DNA of 64,000 bases from Eledone cirrhosa (taxonomy: Eukaryota), in the NCBI GenBank assembly GCA_964016885.1, contig OZ024746.1, positions 38,192,001 through 38,256,000 of the forward strand, written 5' to 3'. The position numbers were made by a program, and so were the translations under genes. The notes under the pieces were generated by a model that saw only the letters and a program-made list of their open reading frames with translations, had not been told where the DNA came from and ran no database searches. Position 1 is the first letter of the stretch. Every line of letters starts with the position of its first letter. Below are positions 12,410 to 25,728 of the stretch, piece by piece.

Positions 12410-14402
12410 ATGGCTACTTCACCTCTGCACGAAGCAGCTGAAAGCCTTCCTCACAAAATAACACCTCACACCGACACCACCATTGTAAATGTTACTACGT
12501 TTGTCAACACAAAAAAAAATATAAGCAGTAGCAATATTTGAAATTTGTCTCAGGCAGATATTCATTTCCCGCCATTACCAATGACTGCAGGTGTTAAAGC
12601 CTCCACCGCCACCACCACCGCGACAACCACTACCACCACCACCACCACCACCGCGACAACAGAAACAAAAGAAGAAAAAAATAAATTAACTCGTGATGTC
12701 GAAATGAAATCAAGCAAAATGGACTCTTCCCCACCAAAGACGACTGACGTCACCACCACCACAACTGAAAATAAAATTAATATTAACGATAGCAACAACA
12801 ACAACAATGACATTATAAAACCCCCCTCAGTTTCGCCAGAGTAGCAAAACAATTCGAAGCATTTACCGTAACTCAAGAAGATTTAGAAAATGCCAAACAA
12901 ATGGTAAAGAAAGATGGGTACAGGGTCAGCCTCACCCCCCCCCCTCCCCCACCTAATAAAATGGAGCATCGGCGCCTATGCACCGTGTCGTATAGAACAA
13001 TAAATGTAAAATCGCGCCGAGTGGAACGGGCATCCGAGTCCCAAATCCAAAAAGCTTTGGGACATGTGTGGGCAAGAAAAACCCACATCAGACGTGGGCA
13101 AAAGTATGGAACCGTGGATGTGTTCTTTGAAACACCAGAGGAGGCTAGAGAACACTCCATGGCCCCATTAAAAAGTGACGACTTCACACTCGTCCCAAGC
13201 TATTGTGGCCAGAGACTCGTAAAGATCAGGGTGACCCACGTTCCACCGGCCATCGAAATTCCCTGGCTAATAGCGGCTGTCCTCGCCGGCATCGAGGCCA
13301 ACACGAAAATAATAACAAAATAAAAGCAGGAAAACTGGTCCGGATCTGGGATGGAGCTCCTGATCCAAGCGGACCAAAAAAGCATTGAGGAGATCCCAGA
13401 GGTAATAGAACTCACTGACGGCAGCCACCTCACGGTAATTGTCGAGGGCAGAAGACCTAGGTGTGTCGTTTGTGGTGAAGGAACCCACCTAAGGGCTTTC
13501 TGCCCTCAGGCTAAAAGGTTGAGGCCACCTCTCCTACCCACCCCAGTGACACAACCATCAACACCACAAGTAGCAGAGATGGCAGCAACAACTGTAGCAG
13601 CAACAACAGAAGCAACTATAACAGCAACAACCCCAGCAACAGTAGCAAAACCAACACCACTACCACCACCAGCAAAACCAACACCACCACCACCCAACGC
13701 TTCAGAACTAGCACCAGCGCCTACACCATCCATCACACCACAACCAAAACTAATGGCTGTGGAGGATTTTCCACTCCCCGGCCTATCACAACTGGAGACA
13801 GATTGTGACGACGAGGAGTGGGAAACGATATCCGGAAAAAAAAAAGAAACCAAAAAAGAAAAAATTCTCTTCCTTCCCCCTTCAAAAACAAAATACAGAG
13901 GGAAACAAATAAACTAAGAAACAAAAAAGTTAGGACAGATATGCCACCATCCACACCAGCATCACCAACCCCATCAACCCAAACACCAACACCATCACCA
14001 TCATTAACTCCAACACCACCATCACCTACACCACAAAAGTCACCAAAATGCGAAACAGAAACAAACCCACAACAAACGCAAACAAAACAAAACAACCAAA
14101 ACGATACACACTACACAGCATTAAATTTGAACAACAAGCAATTATTACACTACATCCAACACAACACCAGCATCACAGAAAAAGACTACACAACAACCCC
14201 AAAATTCACACCACCTCCACACATACAAATCACTCGCATCACACAGAAAACGTACATGACACAAAAATAAAAATTCCCCAAAGACATCGGAGACTTCCGA
14301 CAAGCACTCTCCAGGAGGATTTATAAGGACATCCTTCCTGAGGAGGCCACAAGCAGTGAAAAGGATGGAAAAACCGTCCTTCCCCTACGAGAAGTAAGGT
14401 AA
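12410..14402 (+). pseudogene. LINE ORF1 (gag-like; RRM-like region, zinc knuckle, Pro/Thr-rich tail), disrupted
   Basis: CVVCGEGTHLRAFC (CX2CX4HX4C); VKIRVTHVPPAI. It has stops and a frameshift at the A-run near 13837-13845. Confidence 0.75.
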
Positions 14403-14436
14403 GTGGTCTTTCCCATCTTTTCCACTCCTTTTCAAC

Positions 14437-17400
14437 ATGACCTCACTCAGAATAGGCAGCATAAATGCGCGTGGCTTGGGGTCGTCATGGAAGCAGGGCC
14501 ACCTGCTCAACGACCTCAGGTCACTAAACATAGATGTAGTGGCCATCAGCGAGACCAGAATCTCCGAAGCACAGGCTTTCGCACCGATCTTCGGCGGCTT
14601 CGATGTGTACTCATCTCCCAGCCGTCCGGGATCGGGGGGAGGAGTTGCTGTGCTTTTTCGGAGAGGTTTGGATCTTGCCATACGGGCCATCTTCCTGGAC
14701 CCTGAAGGTAAGTTGGTGGTGCTGGACGTGACCAGCGGAGACGGGCAAGCTTTCAGGTTAGTGGCCGTCTATGCCCCGACAGGAGCAGGGCGGCCTGATT
14801 TCTTCCGGCGTCTGGAGACCTTTCTTGGAACGTCCCGCTCTTTAGTGTTAGTGGGCGACTGGAACGGGATCTTAGATGCACGCTGGGATTGTGTGGGATT
14901 AGTGGATAGGGAAGGAGGGTGCAAGAGTCTCACCAACCTGCTCAGACGTTTTGAACTGTCTGACAGGTACCGAATGGATTTCCCGAATGTACCAATATGG
15001 ACTTGGACAAATCGCATAGGGTCATCCAGATCATATCTAGATAGAGTATTTTGTAGGGAAATAGATAGGTCTAGCATAGGCTGTCCACAATTCAAGATAG
15101 TCAGCTACACGGACCACAAATTCGTGATCTGTGTGCTTGACTTAGATAGGCTTCATAGACGAGGACCCGGCTACTGGAAGTTAAACGCGTCCTTACCAGC
15201 GCGCAAGGCCTACAGAGACCGGATTAGCGAACTAGTTAAGCGGGCGTTGACGGGGGCCATCGTCAACAACAAGTGGTGGTTTGCTCTGAAAAGAGCAATT
15301 AGAATAGAGTCCATTAGGTTTAGTAACACTTTAGCAATAGAGAAAAATAGAGCAGAGGGAGAATTAGTTAGAAAATTAGATGAGGCGCTTAGCAAAGGCA
15401 TCGCGACCGACGTACTTGCGGCGAAATTGGCCCTTGACCAATTCTTCAATGCAAAGCACGAAGGCTGCGTTGTCAGAGCTAGGGTGCGTGCTCTCAGACA
15501 CGAGGGAACGAAAGCCGTTCAATCGGCCCGAGTGGCGGAGGCGCGTCGTGGCAACAAAGCCACGATCCGGTCTTTGGTGGACCACGACGGGCGCATGCTA
15601 CTCGATCCCGGGCAAATGTGTGAAGCTTTTCAGCGACACTTCGCTCAACTGTTCGGGGGCAGTGGCGGGCCGGATCGAGGGATGGACTTTAGTGTCTATC
15701 TCGACGGACTGCCGGGCTTTCGGCCACTGAGGCGGAGTGTTGCGAAAAGCCGATAACAACCGCTGAAGTACGGGATGCAATGACTAGTTGCACAAGGGGT
15801 AAATCGACTAGTTTGGATGGTCTGCCCTATGAACTTTACGTACAAATGCCAAACTTGTTCGGAGGCCTCTTGGCGGACGTCTACTGCAACTGGCAACAGA
15901 ACGGGAGAATTCCCAGCTCTGTGAGCCGAGGAGGGGTGGCGCTGCTGAGAAAGGATCCGAACAAGGGGGATAACATAGATAATTTTAGGCCCATAACTCT
16001 GCTAAACACAGAGTTCAAGATTTTGGGTAGCTAGAGAACCTGGCACGGGTGGGTCTTTGATCAATTTAGATCAGTCGAAAGCCTTCGATAGGGTCGACCA
16101 TCGTTACCTAGCGGCAGTCCTGAGGGCGGCTGGCTTTGGGCCCGTCTTCAGAGGCTGGATCGCTGCCATGCACAGCGACATCTGCTCTGTAGTGAGAGTG
16201 AACGGTCACCTTTCGGAACCGTTCAACATCATGCGCTCGGTCCGCCAAGGATGTCCCCTCTCGTCCCTATTGTACGTATTGACTCTCGAGCCATTACTGC
16301 ACAAACTGGAGACGTTGAGGGGGGTCCCGCGCGAACTAGGATGCGGAAGATCCGTGTCAGCATATGCCGACGATGTCACCGTAGTGGTGTCGAACGCCAA
16401 ACACATCGAGGCGATCGGTACTACACTAACAGAATGCGAAGCGGTGACAGGAGCAATGATCAACCAGGAAAAGTCAGTGGGCCTGCAGCTCGGCACCTGG
16501 AGAGGCAGGTCCATGCCGTCCAACAGCGTCGTCGGGCGCTGGACGGACGGACCGATTAAATTGCTAGGGGTCTGGTTCGGTTCAGACCTCCAGACGGACA
16601 AAAACTGGGACGAGGTGACGAGCAGGGTGGCTTCTCTCACCCAGAAATGGGCCGAGAGGAAGCTATCCCTGAAAGGTCGAGCGGAGGTGGCGAATGCGTA
16701 CATCGCATCCGTCATCTACTACCGCCTGACCGTCGTACCTTGTCCTAAGCCCCGCCTGACTGCGCTGGAGCGTTTGCTCTTTCGCTTCTTGTGGAAGGGA
16801 CGCGCTCCGATGGTCAGGCCGTCCATCTGCTGTCAACACCCGCTACGTGGAGGGCTGGGCATGCCGTGGCTGATGATGCGCAGACACGCGCTCAGGCTAC
16901 GACATCTCCACCTCTTCCTCGACGGTGATCAGGTGTGGTCGCCGTTTGCAAGACACGTTTTTCCCCAGCTCGTCTCCTTGACGGAGCTGCAGTCCTGGGT
17001 CAAGCGAAGACCGAGAGGGAGCGCTTGGAGACTGGAATGGCTTCAGGCGCTCACAGCCCTCGACCAATCGGGCAATGTGATCGGTGGAAACTCCACCTTG
17101 GCGTTCTATAGAGGATTAGTGGAGGGGAAGAGCGACGACGTACTTGGAGAAACTCTAGGCGTCGACGAAAATCAACTAGCCAATCTCTTCTGAAGGACTT
17201 TCGGGCCGGGGCCTATGGACAACTTCCAGAAATCCCTGGCCTGGCAGTGCTACCGAGGAGCTTTGCCAGTTCGGGATAAACTCTACAGGCATGGAGGTGC
17301 CGTCAGCCGGGCATGTCCGAGATGCGCGCAGGGCGACGAAACCGTCCTGCACGCACTCGTCCAGTGTCCGAGCATTGCTGACTTGTGGGTTTATGTCGAA

Positions 17401-17730
17401 CACCTGCTGTCACGTGTAGGACGGATCCGGCTATCAGCTGAGTCCATCGTGAGGATTTCCCCGCCCCCTTCCTTTAGCCTGGAAGGGCAGGCAGTTTTTA
17501 TCTGTCTGGTGGCCATGGCGAAAGAGATAGTATGGTGGACACGTTTGAAAGGGCTGAAGACGAGCACTTACCTCTTCGGTGATGCCCTGATTAACTTTTT
17601 CAAATTTCATTTGAAAAGGAAAATCAGGGTAGTGAGGGAAGTGCTCTCTTCCCAGCATTTTGTTGAAAGATGGGTGAGAGAAGCAAGTAAGGCCCGAATG
17701 AATGGGCCTTCTCTGAGTATGTGTCTGTAA
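14437..17730 (+). pseudogene. LINE ORF2 (APE endonuclease - reverse transcriptase - CCHC), frameshifted, with a short RT deletion near 16030
   Basis: APE: SINARGL, AISET, VYAP, GDWN, SYLDR, TDH, WKLN. RT: FRPITLLNTEFKIL, LDQSKAFDRVDH, RQGCPLS, AYADD, GGLG. C-terminus: CPRCAQGDETVLHALVQC. Confidence 0.92.
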
Positions 17731-17975
17731 ATTAAAGGTGGAAAACTGGGAGAGGGCACTTGCCCTGGTGGTCAGGGCCACTGTGGTCTTTTAATGGGCT
17801 TTCTCCACAAATGTCCCTTGGAAGTCTCCCCCTTATTGGGGAATTTTTCTTTGTTATTTTATTGCAACGTCTGTTTTTTTACACGCAGAAATGCCCATTT
17901 GTACCGTCCTGTATTGTCTTGTACTGTCCTTAATGTCTACTTTATGTGAACCCTTGTGGTTAATAAAGAAAACAA

Positions 17976-18017
<42 letters not shown>

Positions 18018-18018
<1 letters not shown>

Positions 18019-18204
18019 GGGCGGTGGATTGGCAGTATCGGTAGAGGGTCGGGCGCCATGTTTTCCAGCATAGTTATGTCCCTTTACGATCTGAGTTCAA
18101 ATCTCGCCGAGGTTGAATTTGCCTTTCATTCTTACGCGGTCGATAAAATAAAGTACCAGTAATGCACTGGTTAATTGCTGGCCTCCTGCCTAAAGTAGAA
18201 ACAA
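18018..18204 (+). mobile_element. tRNA-derived SINE (octopus-type, Meta-domain-like core)
   Basis: A-box-like TGGCAGTATCGG, B-box-like GAGTTCAAATC, core GCCTTTCAT..GGTCGATAAAATAAAGTACCAG, (TTA)n tail; many copies in the window. Confidence 0.8.
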
Positions 18205-18222
18205 TTATTATTATTATTATTA

Positions 18223-21200
18223 CAGTTGCATTTATCTTGCTTTATGTTCATACATACTCACACATACATACTCACACATGCATCTTTAGTGTTTAGACTT
18301 GTGATGTACTTATATTGAAAGAATCTTCCTTAGTATATGGGCAGTTCCCATTAGTACTATCTTTTGTATTTCTCCTATACGCAGGTTTCCTGGGATTTGC
18401 GATAAATAATCATTAGACCCCTTAGGTATCATTCCCAGAGCGCCTACAACCACTGGTATTGTTTTAGTTCTCAATTTCCACATTTTTCCAATTTCTATCT
18501 CCAGGTACTTATACTTGCTCAATTTTTCAAATGTTTTTATAGATACATTCTTGTCTATTGGAACAGACATATCAATTAGCAGGCATACCCTCTTTTTGAA
18601 GTCCTTCAATATTATATCAGGTCTATTTGCATCTATTTTTCGGTCTGTTTGGATGCTAAAGTTCCACAAGATTGAGATGTGATCTTTTTCAAGTATGGGA
18701 GGTGGTTGATGCTCCCACCAATTCTTTTGATGGGGCAAGTCAAAATGCTTACACATTATCCAATGTATGTATTGTGCAGCTCTGTCATGCCTGTTTAGGT
18801 ATTCGGTTGGAGCTATAGGACTGCACATTGAAATTATATGGTCAATGGTCTCTGGTTGTTTTTTGCATACACGGCATAAAGGGCTGCATCCATTTTTTAT
18901 TACGTTGGCTTGGTAATTTTTTGTTGGCAGACACTGATCTTGTGCTGATATAATCAGTCCTTCAGTCTCCGATTTCAGTCCAGAGGGTACCAACCACTGA
19001 TGGATGAAAGTTTTGTCAACATCAGGATTGTTAGCTCGTTCTGGGTATTTTCCATAAAGAGGCTTTTCTTGCCATTTCTTAGCCAGTTTCTGTAGCAGTT
19101 CTTTCTTTGCAGTTACTTTTACCTGCTTTGCTTTTTCTGTGTTTTCCATTTCAGCAGTAAATGGGACTTCTGAAATTTGTAGTCCATTACTGTATCTTTG
19201 TGCATCTTTTGTAATGGAATATGATCTTTTGATGCTTTCGTGTTTCAAAACGAGTTTGATCATCCAATCATGTGATTCCCTTAGATATGTAGATAATCCA
19301 ATTGTGGCAGTTTTCAACGCAATGTCTAACTGGATTAACCCACGTCCTCCTTCTTTCCTAGGGAGATATATTCTATCTATATCTGCCTTAGGGTGATGCA
19401 TTCTGTGCATGGTTAAAAGTTTTCGAATTTTTGTATCGAGCCTACGGATCTCTGTGCTTTTCCAGTTGATGACATTGTAACTGTAGGTTACTACTGGTAT
19501 GGCAAGCGTGTTTATGGCATCGATCCTATTCCTTGCATTCAATTCCGTTCTTAAGATTGCTCTTACTCTGCGGTAACATTCCTTCCTTATCCTTTCCCTC
19601 ATTGTCGAGTGCTTGATTCCGTCTCCTTCACAAACACCTAGATATTTCTAAGTTTTTTCTTGATCAAGTTCTCTTATCACGTTCCCCCTATCAAGATTAA
19701 TGTCTTAACTCTTCAGCAGCTTTCCTCTGGTGAACGTTGCTTTGGCGCATTTGTCTATTCCAAACTCCATTTTAATGTCATCACTGAACTGCTCCACAGT
19801 GGATAATAGCCCTTGCAATTTTTCATCATTTTTTGCAAATAGTTTCAGGTCATCCATGTAGAACAAGTGATTAATGGTTTTGTCATAGACTTTATATCCA
19901 TGTTCTGTTTCATTGAGCATTTTACTTAATGGTATAAGTGCGATGCAGAATAAAAGCGGTGATAAAGAGTCACCCTGAAAAATTCCACAATTAATATTAA
20001 CTTCTCCAGCTTCCAGTAATTTTGTTTCACTATTCAAAAGGAGTGTCGTTTTCCATGTCTTCATACTGAATGACAAAAACCTCCTGACAACGGGGGATAT
20101 TTTGAAAATCTCTAAACATTTTTCAATCCAACTGTGGTTGTTTTTGAACATATTATTGTCCTTATAGAAACTAGATCGTTTTTCAAAGCGCCTTATACGA
20201 GCAGCTTTGGCCGACACTTTTTGTTTGATTATTTCTATCAGCATGTCTATGTCACTTGTTGATTTTATACTGTACTTTTTTTTCAATTTTCTAAGTTTAG
20301 TTTGTTTAACATGTTCACCTACTTTATAGTTTGTTAAAATTTCTATGTCAGATCGGAGAAGGTTTATTTGGCGATTGATGTTCTCTTGCCAAGTAGATTT
20401 CTTGTGGGAATTCCTTTGTTTTTTCATCTTCACTCCACATTAGTGAGTGGTGACTTTAGCCGATGCATAATAGAGATGATTTAAATCAGTAATGTTTAGT
20501 TTGTTTGCGGTGATAATGTTTTTGAGAATTATGTTAGTCTTGTGTATTATCTTTTGGTTCTGTTTGGAGTTCTGGATCTTAGGGAGGGTGTCTCGTTGCC
20601 CGATGTCAGATTCTTTCATTTTCATCCATTCGATCATAATTTCATCCTTCAAGTTGGCAAGTTCATTCTCATTCATTTCTTTATCATTTACGATCTCATT
20701 ATTTTCATTTGGAGTTTCATCTTGAGCATGCACTCCCTCCACTTTTTCGATCCTTTCTTTAATTTGTTCTGTTGCCAGTGATTCCGCCCCAACCCTGGGA
20801 TTCGAAGTGTTACAATTTACCTCGTTTTCACTGACACATGTTTCATTTTCCCTTCGCTGACTTTGTGCTAATAGCTTGATCTGATCAATTTCTATATCAG
20901 TTAGTAACTTTTTTCTTACAATATTTCTTCGTATATTGGCTAGTTTGTTGCTGTCAATATAGCCTCTGTTTTCGGGATGTTTCTTTTTCCAGTTGATATA
21001 TGTCTGTTCTGTATTCGATGTATTTGATGGGTAGTACATGGCAGTGTAGAAAGCCGCAAGGACTTCTTTATTATCTTCCCTTGACCATTTTTCTCTCTTT
21101 TTCTTTGGATTTCTTGGTGGTGAGCATGGAGGGCCAACAGTAGGAGTATTCCGGTTATGGGAGGTCTCCAGCTCCGAAATGATGGGAAGGTTTGAACCAT

Positions 21201-21480
21201 TAGCTGATTTTTCGACCCCAGTCTGGTTCCTCTCTGAGGGACGCGGCCCTTTTTTACCCGGGTGACGGTCGATCCGGTATGAGATTTTATCATTAGACAT
21301 TTACTTTATTTTGTCGCGTTTTATCCTTATCCGCCAAGGGGTAATCATTTCGTGTTACCACTTCTAGAACGAGTGTCAACCAAGACTAGAGGGGTCGTTC
21401 TCCCCTAGAGACACGGCTATACCCCGCCGGCCGCCATCCCGGTATTTCTTGGTCACGGGGTTTTCTTTTTGTTGTTTTTT
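18223..21480 (-). mobile_element. R4/Dong-clade non-LTR retrotransposon (RT + CCHC + restriction-like endonuclease), internally deleted; 3' end abuts (TAA)n
   Basis: One ancestral ORF split into 20440-21300, 19705-20433 and 18310-19602. Motifs: KWSREDN, GIFQGDSLSPLLF, HLFYMDDLKLF, GGRGL, CRVCKKQPETIDHIISMC, RHD, RPDII, IDMSVP, KLSKY. Confidence 0.9.
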
Positions 21481-21549
21481 TTTAAATTGTTATTATCATG
21501 AGTGGTTCCTTAATGTGAGCATTGCGTGGCTTAAGAATGAAATTATTAA

Positions 21550-21599
21550 TAATTGTCTCCACTCCAGGCACAAGGCCAGCAATCACCCAGTGCATTACA
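21550..21599 (-). mobile_element. SINE 3' fragment
   Basis: Reverse complement of GTAATGCACTGGGTGATTGCTGGCCTTGTGCC..GAGACAATT. Confidence 0.65.
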
Positions 21600-22624
21600 A
21601 TAATATAATATACTTTTTGCTGAAGTTGCCTGTTATTGTTGTTGGCTATGTCGGTGGTGGTGCTGGGGATTTTTATATTGTTGGTGAAGAAGGGGTGAGC
21701 CAGCAGTGCCATAGTTGTTGATGTTGACGTTTGGCCGGTGGCCAGGGCACTAAGTCAATCTATTTATATCTTTTGCTAGCTTCTCCCTTGTCTAGTGATA
21801 CCGCCACCTTCCCTTTTCTCTCTCAAGTTAACAGGGGAATAGTGGTGGTAGCAATGAAGGAGTGGCGGCGGCGGTGATGGGATAGTGGTAGCAATGATGG
21901 ATGGAGTGGTGGCGGCGGTGGCGTTGACGTTACTGAGTTTTGTGATATGTAGTATATATGAGTGTGTGTCGCGTATGTTTAATATATATTGTGTTGACAT
22001 ATTCCCGTAAATTTGGGATTAAACATGTTGTTAAAACTTGAGACAATAATAATAGTAATTATTATTATGATGCTGGGATTGGTGGTGGTGGTGGTGAAAT
22101 TGCCGTTATCTGGCTGTTATATTTAGTGTGATGGGGTAGGTGGTGTATCAAGTTTCTGGTGTTGGTGAAATTGCTGTTATTTGGCTGTTCTATATAGTGT
22201 AGACAGAGGGTGTTTTCTTCCATTTATAACCATTTTCTTTTTTGAATACAAAATATATAATACAAAATTGAATATTTGAGCGATATAACAATATAATATG
22301 GATCCGAAATTTTATGGGACTTGACTCGGTGGTTTATGCAACATTTGTACTAAGAATTGTTATTTCACAATTGATTTAAATATGTTATTTCATGACCTTC
22401 TACCATCTCGTGCGTCTTCTTCCCTTCTTCTTCTTCTTATTATTATTATTATTTTTATTATTATATTATTATTATTACTATTATCATATATATATATATC
22501 ATCATCATCATCATCATCGTTTAACGTCCATCTTCCACGCTAGCATATATACATAATATATATATTTAGGACGCGTTCCGGACTTGTCCGACAGACAACC
22601 TTTTCCGCCACCCCGGAAAAAAAA

Positions 22625-22659
22625 CCCAGTTGATGGATGTGAATCCGAAATATATAGGG
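22625..22659 (+). ncRNA. Degenerate minimal hammerhead motif in (TA)n-flanked element (~22568-22918)
   Basis: cc-CAGTTGA-T-GGAT/gtga/ATCC-GAAA-TATA-TA-gg. Confidence 0.45.
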
Positions 22660-23111
22660 ACTATTAAATCTCTCCCAAGGTAACTCTCTCTTGTGTTGTT
22701 ATTTCTATGTTATCCTTTATACTCTTCCCTTCATTCTACACATCTCACACATCTTATACACACCACGCATCTCAACGTACACCCACTTACATCTCTCTAT
22801 CCACCACCGGACCTTGTTACCCGGAGATTTACCCATTTGCATTTTCGAGGCTTCCAAACGACTTAAAGATATTTACTTATTGTTCCACAATGCTTCAAGC
22901 AGACTTCAATACTCTCTTATATATATTTATATATATATATATACATGAACATATATATATATATTTAAAGGTTAAACAAGGTTCAATGAATAAATCAAAG
23001 AATGAGTTTTACATTAGATTGGAAGCACTAAAAAAAAACGGATTTCCGGAGTTATTAATATTAATTCAAAATATTAACAAAAATAGACATTCGTGTAATC
23101 AAGTATATTTT

Positions 23112-23168
23112 ATTATACATCTTTCAGAGGTACTGAGCTAACTTCAACAGTACGTCCTCATCAGATAA
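23112..23168 (-). ncRNA. Type I hammerhead ribozyme motif in (TA)n-anchored element
   Basis: Minus strand: ttat-CTGATGA-GGACGTACTG/loop/CAGTACCTCT-GAAA-GATG-TA-taa. Confidence 0.65.
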
Positions 23169-24033
23169 AATACGATGATGCATGACATACCCTGACGTAG
23201 TAGATGGTTAAGATTCAGTCATGGTAGTGAATAAGATATGACAAAACTCAATATTTATATACCTTAAGATTGTGACATGAAAATATTTACATATAATACA
23301 GAGGGTGCGTGTGAGAAAGTCTAAAAATACATAATAGCAATTTACATAGCTGTTAGAGATTCAAATAATTTACATTATTGAAGAATGAAGAAAGAAGAAA
23401 GACTGAGAGAAACAGATGGGGAGAAAATATAGTTACTAGAAGTATAGAAAGCAAAAGAGAATTGATCAAGGATAGAGAGACAAGGAGTAATATTTGTTAT
23501 AGTATAAAGCATAGGGAGGGAGGTTTGTATTGTCGTGGATGAATAGTGTGTGATTAGATAATGCAAGAATTATATATATCTATACAAACACATGAATATA
23601 CATTTAGGCATAGCTTTGTGAAAGATTACACTCGAATCTTTGAATTATTGAATTATCTAGAAGTATCCATCAATCTAAATATTAAATATATCTGGGTGTA
23701 ATTATATGAAGGTTTAATTTCGAGTCCTTAGTTAATTAGAAATATACTAAAAATTAATTATATATACACTATATATATCTAAACGTATCCGGCTGACCGT
23801 TAAATTTCAAATCATTTATGTTAGTTTAGAATAATGAATTAATCAAAATGTATAATATTTCAGGCTATAAAAGTTTATAAATATCTATATTAATATTAAA
23901 GTATACTAGCATATTTAATTCATGAAATCATATTTAAATTATTCGCACACATGAGAAGGAATACTTAATATTTTCATCCTGACGAAGGTAATCAATATTA
24001 AATTATATTATCTTATATTATATTTATATTATA

Positions 24034-24221
24034 AAGGCGGTGGATTGGCAGTATCGGTAGAGGGTCGGACGCCATGCTTTCCAGCATAGTTACGTCCCTT
24101 TACGGTCTGAGTTCAAATCCCGCCGAGGTTGACTTTGCCTTTCATCCTTACGGGGTCGATAAAATAAAGTACCAGTAATGCACTGGATAATTGCTGGCCT
24201 TGTGCCAAAAGAAGAAACAAT
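24034..24221 (+). mobile_element. tRNA-derived SINE with probable 19-bp target-site duplication
   Basis: Full consensus-like copy; ATTATCTTATATTATATTT occurs at 24007-24025 and 24220-24238. Confidence 0.85.
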
Positions 24222-24259
24222 TATCTTATATTATATTTTTTTTTAAATGTTATATTGAG

Positions 24260-25300
24260 ATAATTCACATTATATAATTTAGAAAATAATTACAGTTATA
24301 ACATAAAAAATTTAAAATTAACAATTAGAATGCCTTAAAGTATCTAAAGGCCTTATAATTAAACTTAAAAAAGGGTATTATTAAATTAGATATATGCATT
24401 TGTCTAAATATATATACAAAGAGCATATTGTCTAAAGTTCAAGACGATATTAGTCAGTTATACATAACATAATATACATAACATAATATACATAACATAA
24501 TATAATATAATAAATAAGTTTCTGTTAATATTGTTAAAAATTAAGGTTATTATATTAGGATCATGTAATACATATATAGTATAAATATACAAATCAAACT
24601 TCGGGAATCATAAGGATAAGAACCAGATTCAAAGTAAAAAAGTAAATTGTTTGCGATCTTAAAAGTGCCAAATATCTAAGCTATATAATTTAAAAATACA
24701 AGAACATTTTTTTTTAAGGATCTATATTGTAGTAGAATATCATATTTAAAGTGTCTGCAAACATGAGAAAGAGAAAACTTAAGGATTTAATTGACCCGAA
24801 GGTAATCCGAATTTAATTAAATTAAACAAAAATTAAAAAATAATAATCGTTACATAATTTAGATAATATTTAACAATTATAACACTAGAATGTCCTTAAG
24901 TATCTAAAGTACTTATAAATGTAGTTAGAAGCATGTTTTTATACTAGATATACACATTTGTCCAAATATACATAGAGTATTCTGTTCGGAACTCAAGAGG
25001 ATATTAGTGATCCATATACATATAATAAATAATAAATACAATCATTGTTAGTAAAGTTATAATTGAAGTTTTACATCAAGTTAAGAGGAAAATGTTTGTC
25101 GACTAGGATGGTGTGCGACGCATATACCATAAATATATATAAATAAATATAAATATAAATCAAACATCCTGAATCGTAAAACTAACATACTCCAAAAGAA
25201 TAAATACACAAATACATAAATGCATGAATGATTTACGGTTCATTACAACTTTTAACCATATAAGCTATATATTTTTAAAAAATATACAAAAATCTCAATC
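24260..25300. repeat. Old diverged tandem duplication (~0.55-kb unit)
   Basis: Collinear blocks such as TAGAATG.C.T.AAGTATCTAAAG, CATTTGTC.AAATATA, TCAAGA.GATATTAGT, AAATCAAAC and TAAGCTATAT occur in both ~24290-24700 and ~24870-25280. Confidence 0.6.
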
Positions 25301-25728
25301 AAATTAAATGTATCTACACAATCAAATGAAATGCATATTCATCAAGAGATCATGTTAACAATCTATATATTTATATACCTATATAGAACCCATTAATCTA
25401 ACATTAATCTTATCTTAAAAGAATAAAAAATTAAAAATTATTATAAGGTTTTATAATCTGTTATAATGTTTTACGCACTCAGATGATAAGAAACGTCAAC
25501 AAATTAGAACCTATTTATTTAGTGTTTTTTCCTGACTTTTTGCGAGGCTTGGAATGTAGATGAAGCTTTATGAAGGCAATTTGAGAATAATTCACTTTGT
25601 TGTTAATTAAATTTTCATAATTAGTAATTATGAATAGGGTCTCCATGGTACAGAGGTTGTAGTTAGGTGATATTGAGAAACTGTGATAAGAGAAACTTTG
25701 AGGAAGACCTGCCAGTTAGATTGATAAT

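Larger units (their letters stand above)
12201..17973 (+). mobile_element. L1/Tx1-clade non-LTR retrotransposon, near full length (~5.8 kb), inactivated, inserted in (TTA)n
   Basis: Two ORFs: gag-like with CCHC knuckle, and APE-RT-CCHC. AATAAA near 17962. (TTA)n runs on both flanks (12176-12200 and 17976-18017). Confidence 0.9.

Noticed and set aside
24034-24125. tRNA gene
   Set aside because: A/B boxes are present, but there is no cloverleaf; it is the head of a multi-copy SINE.
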